Below are positions 1 to 7,990 of a DNA stretch of 38,200 nt, one piece after another; positions within the stretch are counted from its first letter, which is position 1, and each line of letters begins with the position of its first letter. The notes under the pieces were generated by a model, which saw only the letters and a list, made by a program, of their open reading frames with translations, did not search any database and was not told the origin of the DNA. Origin of the DNA: Escherichia phage sortregn; sequence record MN850588.1. One strand, written 5' to 3'. The position numbers were made by a program, and so were the translations under genes.

Positions 1-1029
1 AAAATATTCTTTGTAACGTTGTTGTAAGTAGGTCGGAGTAGTCAGCGCGATCTCCTCCTGACCGTTTGCGTAGGCGGGCCACACGTCCGAGTCGCGGCAG
101 TGTTTGAACACCTGGAGCGCGGTCTTGTACTGCAAGCGCCCGATCATGATTTGCTCCGGCGTTAATCGGTTCATGAGCGCCAGCCACGGCTCGTCTTTTT
201 CCTGAACGAGGAGTTTAGTCCCCGCCGGATCCTGGTTATAGGCCAGCTTGAAACAGTCATGTTGTAAAGCCATCTTGCACCAGTAGCCCAGATCGTGAGC
301 CAGACGACCGAAGCGCTCCGGCTCCGCGCTTTGCGTGGTCTTGTAGTCGATGATCTCGCCGATGTCCGTCACGCGGTCCAGGCGGACCTTAACCGGGACG
401 CCATCGATCACGCAGAACAGCGACAACTCCGGGACGCCCGTCTCAATGATCCGGCGGTAGTTATGATTGACCAGCAACACGTCGCGCATTGAGTGAACGC
501 GGTCCCAGTCCTTCGCCGGGACGATCTCGCGACCGTTCGCCTCTTTGACGGCTTGCGCCTCGATCTCGTGCCAGATATTAAGCGTCTCGCCCGGCATTTG
601 TACGGCGCGACACATAGCGATCAATTCTTCGGCGGTTTTGTTGGAGTAGCCCTTCTGACCGCGTTCCTTTAGCCAGCTTTGCATCTTCGCTACTGACGTG
701 ATCAACTCCGGGAAGTCCTCCGGGTTAGGCAGACGGAAAAACTCGCGCTCGAAGCGTTCCGGCTCAAGTAACATCGTGTGGGAAGTGGTCCCGAATGTGA
801 GCGGCTTCTGGGCGGAGTTTAGTTTTTTGTTGGCGGCTTCCTGTGCTTTCTGGAAACGCCAGGCGGCGGGGCATTTGCTGTAAATGGTCCAGAGGCTCGA
901 CCCGGTAATGTAGATCTCGTCCTCGTGGTATTGCTCGTTTGTAAGCTGGTCGGCGCTCCGGGCGTCGATAAACATCGAAGCCGCGACGTCGTAGGACGGG
1001 AGCGCCGGGATCAATCCGTTCGTTTGCAT
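1..1029 (-). CDS. PD-(D/E)xK family exonuclease (RecB/YqaJ-like), truncated at window edge; start codon at 1029
   Basis: Own translation of minus strand from ATG 1027-1029, open to position 1 (not in ORF track because it has no stop in window); contains GEIIDYKTT motif typical of RecB-family nuclease motif III; downstream of helicase and VRR-NUC genes in same orientation. Confidence 0.55.
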   Translation of the reverse strand, partial: MQTNGLIPALPSYDVAASMFIDARSADQLTNEQYHEDEIYITGSSLWTIYSKCPAAWRFQKAQEAANKKLNSAQKPLTFGTTSHTMLLEPERFEREFFRLPNPEDFPELITSVAKMQSWLKERGQKGYSNKTAEELIAMCRAVQMPGETLNIWHEIEAQAVKEANGREIVPAKDWDRVHSMRDVLLVNHNYRRIIETGVPELSLFCVIDGVPVKVRLDRVTDIGEIIDYKTTQSAEPERFGRLAHDLGYWCKMALQHDCFKLAYNQDPAGTKLLVQEKDEPWLALMNRLTPEQIMIGRLQYKTALQVFKHCRDSDVWPAYANGQEEIALTTPTYLQQRYKEYF

Positions 1030-1068
1030 TGTTGGGACCTCTCACTGGTGAATGTGAGAGGCATTAAA

Positions 1069-1536
1069 TCATTCTTTCGTGATGTTTGCAACTGGTAAAT
1101 TGAGATAATACTCCAGCGCCGCCAGGCCAGCCTCCGCACCCCATGCGACAGCAGTCCAGCCACCACGCGCCCGCGCTCGTTCGAGGACGGTCTTTTGTTC
1201 CGGCTTTAACCGGGACTTTCCGCGATTGTTCCGCTTCAACTCGATCAGCGCGAAGCCATAGCCGCCGCGAGGCTCCAGGAAAACCCAGTCAGAGATCCCG
1301 GCGAGGCGTCCGAGCGCGTTTAACTTCGCCCCGTACCGGGGATCGCTGGAGCCGCCGCTCTCGTTTACTGGGTGGAACGCCAGAAGCGCGTCGGGATCAG
1401 TGTGGGGATCGCCGTAAATCTCCCGGATGTTACTCGCCATGTTTTGCTGTTCGACGTCCTCGTGTGGCGAGTAGGTCGGAATGTGGTCCAGGTAGAACTC
1501 GCGCCAGAACTCAGTCTTTTTGTTTAATACAGGCAT
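1069..1536 (-). CDS. VRR-NUC domain nuclease
   Basis: ORF 1069..1551, start moved to internal ATG 1536 preceded by GAGGG; GYGFALIELKR and KPEQK motifs resemble VRR-NUC; directly abuts helicase stop. Confidence 0.55.
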   Translation of the reverse strand: MPVLNKKTEFWREFYLDHIPTYSPHEDVEQQNMASNIREIYGDPHTDPDALLAFHPVNESGGSSDPRYGAKLNALGRLAGISDWVFLEPRGGYGFALIELKRNNRGKSRLKPEQKTVLERARARGGWTAVAWGAEAGLAALEYYLNLPVANITKE

Positions 1537-1537
1537 G

Positions 1538-3580
1538 TTAAAAACCCTCATTCATGAATACTTTGTTAGTGATAACGTCTTTACCCTTGCCGATCTTCCG
1601 GTGGGTAACTTTCAGTGGGGCCATGAAGTACGGCGCGAAGGCGAGGACCTCCTGGGGCGTCCGTAGCTTCTTGATGTCGGCCCGTTTCTTTCCGTCCAGT
1701 ACGTGCTTAAGGATCCCATTGTGGAGCCATTCCTTTTTCGCCTGTGGGCTATCGCTACCGGGCCAGAATACTTGCCACGCCACGAACTGATCGCCGTCCT
1801 TCTCCAACTCGTACCGGAAGGCGATCCCCCCAGTCCCTCGCGCCAATTCCAGACGGAAGCCCCTCACGTTGTAGTAGTCGTCCCTGCTGTACGTGGTCCG
1901 GCTTAAGTTCTTGTTCGGATCTACGAGCGAGTTCCCGCAGCAGCGGCAGATCCTGGCTACGATGTCGTTTTGTGCGCCGCATCCCTTCTGTACCACCTTC
2001 CGCCCGCTGGAGTCCTTCCAGTCGTCGCAGGTGATGAACTGGAAAAAGTGTTCGCAGCGTTCGCCAGTGTCGGGATCGACGTAGCGGCAGCGTCGGGCGT
2101 GTTTGCCGTTTAGCGTCGGGTGGCCCGCCTTGCGACACTTCGGACAGTCTAACTCTAATTCTCCTTTGCTCTCGTCTGCGCTGTGCTGGTATGCCTCCAG
2201 CAGCGGGGAGAAATACAGGGATCCGAGTTCGTCAAGCGTCCCGGCATAGTCGAGGACCAGGTGATCCTCCTTCGTCACCCCGGCGGCGATGTGGAACGGC
2301 TTAAGGATGCGCATACCACGGCCTAAAAGCTGGGTTAGGAGCGTGAGGGATCCGATCTTCCGCAGTATCACGGACGTGTCCCAGAACGGGACGTTAACGC
2401 CAGTCGTTAGGGCGTTAACCTGGAATATAAATTTGATCTCCCCGGTATTGGCGCGGCGCAAAATGTCCATGCGCTTCTTGCCCGTCGTGTCGTCCGTGAT
2501 GATGGCGTAAGGCGTACCAGGGGGAAGGGCCTCCGCCGCCTGTTTGCAGTGTCTCACGCCCGCACACGTCACTAACACGCCGTTCCTGTGCTGGGCGATG
2601 GCGTATACCTCCGCCATGATCTCATGCGTGAGCTTTTTGTCCTTAAGGATCGCCTTTTGCATGGCGTCCATTTCGGCGTCCGTGAACTCCTTAATGCCAT
2701 CCTCGCCGGACGATCGCCACTGGTCGAGGTTGTAGTGGAGATTGGAGATCCCGAAGTGAGTCGGAACAACCGCGCCGACGCTTACCAGGTATTCCGTCGA
2801 GATCTCGCATACCTTCTTACGCCAAAATCCGGGCTGTTCGAGGTCTGGCTGGATGATGGACTCCACGCCACGGTATGGCGTCCCGGTGTAGCCAATAATG
2901 CGGAGTTCCTTCCCGTAGACCTCGCGGGCGCGTTGCTGGAATGTGCGGATAATGATCGTATAGCTGGAGCGACCCGCCTCGATCATCTCCTCGTAAGTCT
3001 CGCCCTTGTGCTCGCCGATAATGGTCGGCTCGTCGAAGCCGTCCAGGATGATCTCCCCGGTTTTCTCGTCCCGCAGGTACTCCGGGACCACGCGCTCCTG
3101 TGAGCGGATCAGGTCCTCAATGTTGACGTGATGGCATTCATCGATCAGCAGGAACAGCGGCGCGTAATGGGCGAGTGCCTGACCTGGGCGGAGTCCTCCG
3201 ATCACTGTACCCTCGGAGCCGACCACGATCGGGAAGTGTGCAGACTTGCGGCCCAGGCTGGCGCAGTAGATCGAGGAGTTCACGCCGAAGTTTTTCAACT
3301 CCTCGAAGTCCTGATCGATGATCTCCCCCTGGCGGGACAGGATCATGGCAGGGAAACCCATATCCCTGATCCGGCGGGCCAGCATGGAGATCATGATGGT
3401 TTTACCCGCACTCACGGCGGCGTCCACAATGACCGGGCCAGGATAGCGACGGATGGCCTCCGCGCAAGCCTCATACGCGACGAACTGGTGATCGTATGGT
3501 GTAACGGGCATATCTCCCAGGGCGCGGAGAATCGCGTCCCGGTCGAGCGCTTCGATCTGTTTCTCCAATGTCATTAACAT
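1538..3580 (-). CDS. SF2 DEAH-box DNA helicase with C-terminal zinc-ribbon region
   Basis: 680 aa ORF; Walker A AAVSAGKT, motif II LLIDECHH, motif III YTGTP, motif VI QLLGRGMR; cysteine clusters CPKCRK, CRCCG. Confidence 0.8.
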   Translation of the reverse strand: MLMTLEKQIEALDRDAILRALGDMPVTPYDHQFVAYEACAEAIRRYPGPVIVDAAVSAGKTIMISMLARRIRDMGFPAMILSRQGEIIDQDFEELKNFGVNSSIYCASLGRKSAHFPIVVGSEGTVIGGLRPGQALAHYAPLFLLIDECHHVNIEDLIRSQERVVPEYLRDEKTGEIILDGFDEPTIIGEHKGETYEEMIEAGRSSYTIIIRTFQQRAREVYGKELRIIGYTGTPYRGVESIIQPDLEQPGFWRKKVCEISTEYLVSVGAVVPTHFGISNLHYNLDQWRSSGEDGIKEFTDAEMDAMQKAILKDKKLTHEIMAEVYAIAQHRNGVLVTCAGVRHCKQAAEALPPGTPYAIITDDTTGKKRMDILRRANTGEIKFIFQVNALTTGVNVPFWDTSVILRKIGSLTLLTQLLGRGMRILKPFHIAAGVTKEDHLVLDYAGTLDELGSLYFSPLLEAYQHSADESKGELELDCPKCRKAGHPTLNGKHARRCRYVDPDTGERCEHFFQFITCDDWKDSSGRKVVQKGCGAQNDIVARICRCCGNSLVDPNKNLSRTTYSRDDYYNVRGFRLELARGTGGIAFRYELEKDGDQFVAWQVFWPGSDSPQAKKEWLHNGILKHVLDGKKRADIKKLRTPQEVLAFAPYFMAPLKVTHRKIGKGKDVITNKVFMNEGF
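1823..1833 (-). repeat. CTGGGGGGATC 11-mer copy (sense strand of helicase gene)
   Basis: Exact match read on minus strand; frame-checked against helicase residues T583-G-G-I586. Confidence 0.85.
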
Positions 3581-3645
3581 TGTTTATCCCTTGTAATATC
3601 ACTAAAGCATGATTTATAGTAACCGGGAAATAACCGGAGGGCAAT
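3581..3645. promoter_or_regulatory. divergent promoter region between helicase and primase operons
   Basis: 65-bp AT-rich intergenic region between divergent genes; tandem GTAACCGG / ATAACCGG repeats just upstream of the primase SD. Confidence 0.4.
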
Positions 3646-4464
3646 ATGGCGATCTACAAAAAAGAGGACGTTCTCGCGGCGATGCCCGGCAAATGGGAAC
3701 AGGCGCTCCTCGATCTTTGTGGCTGGGACCGCAAGGCGTTTAACGGCAATCATCAACCTTGCCCGATCTGTGGCGGGACGGACCGCTTTCGCTGGGGCCA
3801 TAAGCAACAGACGAAGAAGGCGGAGGGCTTCGGCTACTGTTCCGGCTCCTGTGGCGGCGCTCGTGATGGCATGTTTTGGTTCATGACCAGCCGATCGCAG
3901 CCGTTCAACGAGGCGATCAACGACCTGGGCGACTGGATAGGCGGACTCACCCCGGAGAAGCGGGAAACCATCGTCAAGGAGGCGCGGAAGTATGCCCGCC
4001 AGCAGGATAAGCCCGCGCAGGACTGGGAACTCACCCCGGAGGACGTGGACAAGATCATGAGCAAAGGCACGATGCGCGACGGATTCCTGTATGTTCCATG
4101 CGCTCGTCCACTGGGGGGATCCCTGGGGCCGTGGTGCAACGTGGCGAAGATCGGCTCCGACAGGTCCGTGGTGTTTGCCGCTGGTGGCCCGACGTGGGGC
4201 GCGGTAGGTCTGATCCACCCAGTGCCAGACGCTCCGGTGTATCTGGTGGCGGATCCGGTCCATGCGGTGAACGTGGCGGCGCGAGGGGAGGCGGAGGTCT
4301 GGCTTACGTTCCGGCCTATGAACGCGGTCCAGGCGTCGGCGATATATGACGGCGATCGGGAGATCCGGTTCGTCTACACTGACCCGGACGAGGTTTTCCT
4401 GTACGGCTACGAGAGGACGGGGAGGCCATGCGTCGGCGGGCATCTTGCCGGGGCGTTCGGGTAA
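3646..4464 (+). CDS. DNA primase (zinc-ribbon plus TOPRIM-like region)
   Basis: HQPCPICGGTDRFRW and GYCSGSCGG match the primase zinc-binding ribbon of P4-alpha-like primases; later DGD acidic motif; GGAGGG SD upstream. Confidence 0.65.
   Translation: MAIYKKEDVLAAMPGKWEQALLDLCGWDRKAFNGNHQPCPICGGTDRFRWGHKQQTKKAEGFGYCSGSCGGARDGMFWFMTSRSQPFNEAINDLGDWIGGLTPEKRETIVKEARKYARQQDKPAQDWELTPEDVDKIMSKGTMRDGFLYVPCARPLGGSLGPWCNVAKIGSDRSVVFAAGGPTWGAVGLIHPVPDAPVYLVADPVHAVNVAARGEAEVWLTFRPMNAVQASAIYDGDREIRFVYTDPDEVFLYGYERTGRPCVGGHLAGAFG
4111..4121 (+). repeat. CTGGGGGGATC 11-mer copy
   Basis: Exact match; frame-checked against primase residues L156-G-G-S159. Confidence 0.85.
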
Positions 4465-4489
4465 AAAAAAAGGCCCCGCACGAGGGGCC
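4463..4489 (-). terminator. intrinsic terminator oriented for leftward transcription
   Basis: GGCCCC-GCACGA-GGGGCC hairpin 4472-4489 preceded on plus strand by A9, so U9 follows the hairpin on the minus transcript. Confidence 0.55.
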
Positions 4490-4542
4490 AGTGGGCGCGA
4501 CCGATACCAGCGGGCGCTAAAGCAATGGTGAACAGTCAACAA

Positions 4543-4564
4543 ATAGCACTTTTTGTTAAAACAC
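4543..4564 (+). promoter_or_regulatory. conserved promoter-like element copy 1 (ATAGCACTTTTTGTTAAAACAC)
   Basis: 22-mer shared with 6855-6876 (2 mismatches), each about 60-70 bp upstream of a rightward operon start. Confidence 0.35.
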
Positions 4565-4616
4565 AAAACAGTTAATCAATTATCGTTAGTCACCACCAAC
4601 CAAAGAAGGGCAGCAG

Positions 4617-5258
4617 ATGAAAGACGAGAAAGACACCACCACGATCGATCATGTGGACGGCATGACCGAGGCGGAACGCGCAGCGGCAGACGTGACCACT
4701 GTTAGCGGTCGCCGCTTCAACAAATCCAAGACGCCGGACGCTATCCGCCAGAAGTGGCAGACCCCGCGCTGGCTGTTCGACTGGGCCGTGAAGCGCTTCG
4801 GGCAATTCGGGATCGATGTGGCAGCAGAAAAGGCTAACGCCCTTTGTGATGTCTACCTGGACGAGAAAACGGACGCCCTCAAGGATGGCGTGGAGTGGGG
4901 AGCCGAGGGCGGGCTGGCGTGGTGTAACCCGCCATACGCGGAGCCGCTTCCGTGGATCGTGAAGGCCATCCAGCAAGCGAAGGATCGCGACGTTACGACC
5001 GTGTTTCTCCTGAACTCCGACGCGTCTACGGCGTGGTTTAAGAAGGCGCTGGACGCCGGGAGCCTGGTTATCCATATCACCAGCGACGGCGAGAACTCCG
5101 GGCGCGTGGCGTTCGTGAAGGCCGGGACCGAAGTCGCGGGCAAGAAGAACAGCAAGCCGTCCGTAATGTTCGTTATCAAGCCGAAGAAGCGCGGACCGAT
5201 CAAGACTGAATATCTGACCCAGGCGGAGATGATGTTCGAAGGCAAAACGATGATTTAA
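4617..5258 (+). CDS. DNA N6-adenine methyltransferase (phage Dam-like)
   Basis: 213 aa; WQTPRWLFDW N-terminal motif and NPPY catalytic motif (WCNPPYAEP) typical of the phage N6A methylase family. Confidence 0.8.
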   Translation: MKDEKDTTTIDHVDGMTEAERAAADVTTVSGRRFNKSKTPDAIRQKWQTPRWLFDWAVKRFGQFGIDVAAEKANALCDVYLDEKTDALKDGVEWGAEGGLAWCNPPYAEPLPWIVKAIQQAKDRDVTTVFLLNSDASTAWFKKALDAGSLVIHITSDGENSGRVAFVKAGTEVAGKKNSKPSVMFVIKPKKRGPIKTEYLTQAEMMFEGKTMI

Positions 5259-5274
5259 CCGAGAGGACCCAGAG

Positions 5275-5856
5275 ATGATTATTTATGCACCAGTAAGCGC
5301 CTTACGCGCTCACCAACTGACCAAAGGCCAGCAGGACGTCCGCTATTACCTGAACGCGATCCACTTCATCGGCAACCGGATCCGCACGTCTAACGGTCAT
5401 GTTTGCATGGAAAGCACCCATAAGCTCGTCAACGCGCCGGAGGAGGGGATCATCCTCTCAATCTCCACGCCACCGACTGGGCGGATCTTCTCCGCCGTGA
5501 TCGACACGGACGCCGGGATCGTGTACTGGCTGGACATTCCGGCAGATAAGCCGAAGGACCTCGAAGAAGTGGACCACAAAAAGGCCCGCGTCGCTGTGGG
5601 GACCGTGGACATTGTGGAGGCCAATTATCCGAACGTGGACGCACTCCTGAACAAGGCCCGCGAGAACTCGAAGGCCGTCCACGAGATCGGCGTGGCGACG
5701 CCTTACCTCGGAATGATCGAGAAGCTGGCGAAGAAGTTCGGGATCAAGATGCCTTTTGCGAAACTGAACTTTAACGGCGCAGCGGAGCCGATCCGCGTGA
5801 ACCTGACCACGCCGGACGGCGAGGCCACCCTGATCATTATGCCCGCGAGAGTGTAA
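5275..5856 (+). CDS. hypothetical protein
   Basis: 193 aa ORF in Dam operon, no recognised motif. Confidence 0.5.
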   Translation: MIIYAPVSALRAHQLTKGQQDVRYYLNAIHFIGNRIRTSNGHVCMESTHKLVNAPEEGIILSISTPPTGRIFSAVIDTDAGIVYWLDIPADKPKDLEEVDHKKARVAVGTVDIVEANYPNVDALLNKARENSKAVHEIGVATPYLGMIEKLAKKFGIKMPFAKLNFNGAAEPIRVNLTTPDGEATLIIMPARV

Positions 5857-5858
5857 GC

Positions 5859-6083
5859 ATGGGACCTTATCAGACCTACCGCTGGAAATATTTCGTCCGT
5901 TGCGTGGCGGACGAACTCATGGATCGTAAACTGGTGGCCTCCCGCGAGGAGGCCGAGCACTTCGCCGAAGATCTGGAGGATTCGTTCGCGGAGGACTACG
6001 ACCCGCGTCCGATCTCAGAATGGCGAGCTATCGCGAAGAAAGACGCAGACGACTACGAGAAGGATCTGAAACGTGAAGCATAA
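5859..6083 (+). CDS. hypothetical acidic protein
   Basis: 74 aa ORF, tightly packed after preceding gene. Confidence 0.4.
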   Translation: MGPYQTYRWKYFVRCVADELMDRKLVASREEAEHFAEDLEDSFAEDYDPRPISEWRAIAKKDADDYEKDLKREA

Positions 6084-6825
6084 GGCGATCTTTTTATTCA
6101 ACCTGACCCGGATCATGGTGGACAAGTGGCTGGACGCTGGCGTGGAATGCTGGATGTATGACGGGCAGCACGAGCCAGGGATCCACCCAGACGCCGACGA
6201 GCCGAACCTGATCCGAGTGGGCCGGATGTTCGACGCGGACAACTCAATCAGGGAAGCGGCTCGCATCGCCGAGGAAGTCGGCCCCGGCGTGATCTTCGTG
6301 GCGTCCTTCGCTGAATGCACCGATCTAACCTGTACCGGGGCGCGATGGTGGGAAGCGAAGCGCAAGAAGGATCCGCGCTTCCAGGAGAAGGCCGTGGCGC
6401 TGGCTAAGATGGTGAAGCACGTCGCGGAATTTTGCAGCGTGGAGAACGGCAGCTTTGAACCCGCTTCGACGGTCCCCTGGATGCTGGAGAATCCGAAGAT
6501 CTCCCGACTCTCCACGATGTGGCGACCTTGCGATCACTGGTTCCACCCCTACAACTTCGGCGGCTACTTGCCGGAGGATCACCAGCATAGCCTCTACCCG
6601 GAGATCTACCCGGCGCGGGACGCGTACCCGAAGCAGACGGGGATCTGGTGCGGTGGCGGCTTCAAGATGCCGGAACACAAGAACGTCCCGGCGGTTAAGG
6701 ATAATCCCGGATGGTCGAAGCTGGGCGGATCTTCGACCCGAACGAAGAACATCCGCAGCGCCACCCCCGAAGGCTTCGCCGTCGCCGTGTTTATCTACAA
6801 CGCCACCCCGATCGCTCCATTCTGA
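6073..6825 (+). CDS. hypothetical protein
   Basis: 250 aa ORF with GTG start overlapping previous stop, followed by intrinsic terminator; no confident domain call. Confidence 0.5.
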   Translation: MKHKAIFLFNLTRIMVDKWLDAGVECWMYDGQHEPGIHPDADEPNLIRVGRMFDADNSIREAARIAEEVGPGVIFVASFAECTDLTCTGARWWEAKRKKDPRFQEKAVALAKMVKHVAEFCSVENGSFEPASTVPWMLENPKISRLSTMWRPCDHWFHPYNFGGYLPEDHQHSLYPEIYPARDAYPKQTGIWCGGGFKMPEHKNVPAVKDNPGWSKLGGSSTRTKNIRSATPEGFAVAVFIYNATPIAPF

Positions 6826-6830
6826 CACAA

Positions 6831-6850
6831 GGCCCTCCGGGGCCTTTTTT
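6831..6850 (+). terminator. intrinsic terminator
   Basis: GGCCC-TCCG-GGGCC hairpin followed by TTTTTT. Confidence 0.65.
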
Positions 6851-6854
6851 GCGT

Positions 6855-6876
6855 ATAGCACTTTTTGCTAAAGCAC
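6855..6876 (+). promoter_or_regulatory. conserved promoter-like element copy 2 (ATAGCACTTTTTGCTAAAGCAC)
   Basis: See copy 1; both followed by CAATTATC and CACCAAC-like segments. Confidence 0.35.
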
Positions 6877-6927
6877 TTTCAATTATCCTTTGTTATTATT
6901 CTTTCACACCAACACGAGGACGACGAA

Positions 6928-7152
6928 ATGAAACAGACTTTACTCCCGACCAAAACAAACAAGGCTCAACTGGTTAACCCGCTGTTACTGAAACAGGCGC
7001 ACATCCTGATCGAGGTGGCGATGATTCTCCGTAATCGCCTGAAAATGTACGCCGCCGGGCCAGCAGCTACAGCAGCTTTAAAGCGCGAGGCTCGCCAGGC
7101 AGAGGACGACGCTCGCGAACTGATCCGAGGCGCTTATGGTTATCGCCCGTAA
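6928..7152 (+). CDS. hypothetical protein
   Basis: ORF 6865..7152 with start moved to ATG 6928 preceded by GAGGA. Confidence 0.45.
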   Translation: MKQTLLPTKTNKAQLVNPLLLKQAHILIEVAMILRNRLKMYAAGPAATAALKREARQAEDDARELIRGAYGYRP

Positions 7153-7411
7153 GACTTCGCGCCGGGAGTTATGGGAGGCGGCGCAAGCCGCCGAACTGGA
7201 CGGCATGATCAGCGCAGTCTCCCGCGTGTTCGGCAAGGAGGCGATCGCCGACATATCGATCGAGACGCCGGACGGCGAGATGTACCTGAACAACCCGGAC
7301 CCGCACCACTGGCGCGTCGTGCCTGGGACTAAAGGCGGAAAGAACGCTCTCAAAGACGCGATCGCCGACACCAAAAACCGGAAGCACCTCAAAGGGGGAT
7401 CTCGTGGGTAA
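7136..7411 (+). CDS. hypothetical protein
   Basis: 91 aa ORF overlapping neighbours. Confidence 0.4.
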   Translation: MVIARKTSRRELWEAAQAAELDGMISAVSRVFGKEAIADISIETPDGEMYLNNPDPHHWRVVPGTKGGKNALKDAIADTKNRKHLKGGSRG

Positions 7412-7796
7412 AGTAACAGCGAAGATTATCGGATGGACTGACGAGCAGGACGCGGAACTGGTTCGCCTGGCTGGAACCATGCCAGCGCCGGACCTGGCGA
7501 AGAAGATAAAACGCAACTTCCGCCAGATGCAGGTCCAGGCGTCGAAGCTGGGGATCTCCCTGGCGTACCGCAGGACGTACACGCAATGGACAGCGGAGGA
7601 GGACCGGAAGCTGGTCCGCTTCTGGGAGGATAAACTGACCCCGGAGGACGTGGTGGAGATCGCAGAGACTACGGGGATCTATGAAGTGACCCGCGACGAA
7701 CTGACACACGAGCACGTCGCGACCTGGCTCGACAAATCGCGCCCGGCAGTACGCGGACGCCTGGCAAAATTCAAGAAAGAGGGGAAAATAGCATGA
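7404..7796 (+). CDS. putative DNA-binding protein with two W-x-x-E-(E/Q)-D helix motifs (GcrA/Myb-like)
   Basis: GTG start after GGGGG SD; GWTDEQDAELVRLAG and QWTAEEDRKLVRFW resemble GcrA N-terminal / Myb-SANT DNA-binding repeats. Confidence 0.45.
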   Translation: MGKVTAKIIGWTDEQDAELVRLAGTMPAPDLAKKIKRNFRQMQVQASKLGISLAYRRTYTQWTAEEDRKLVRFWEDKLTPEDVVEIAETTGIYEVTRDELTHEHVATWLDKSRPAVRGRLAKFKKEGKIA

Positions 7797-7895
7797 CTGA
7801 CTTACGCGGAAGTAAATACGTTATATGGGGCGTAATCGCAGCCAGCGCCGCGCTGTGGGCTTTAATCGGTTTTGGCGTGTCGATGGTACTCTAAA
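7793..7895 (+). CDS. possible small membrane protein (33 aa)
   Basis: ATGA overlap with preceding gene, hydrophobic sequence, terminator follows; below ORF-track size cutoff. Confidence 0.25.
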
Positions 7896-7930
7896 AAAAA
7901 GGGCCGCTTAAAAAGCGGCTCCTTTCGTTT
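7894..7930. terminator. bidirectional intrinsic terminator
   Basis: A8, GCCGCTT-AAA-AAGCGGC hairpin, then T-rich tract. Confidence 0.6.
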
Positions 7931-7990
7931 AAACGCCAGAGATGATCTACAATGCCCCGGCAGTATAACCAAACAAGAGAGGACCCGACA

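Noticed and set aside
764-1045. 93-aa minus-strand ORF
   Set aside because: Alternative frame of the exonuclease gene; Arg-rich, no SD; the exonuclease frame carries the conserved nuclease motif
3574-4566. 330-aa minus-strand ORF
   Set aside because: Antisense to the motif-supported primase gene; Arg/Pro-rich composition typical of spurious ORFs in GC-rich DNA
4590-5075. 161-aa minus-strand ORF overlapping Dam gene
   Set aside because: Antisense to the NPPY methyltransferase; Arg-rich
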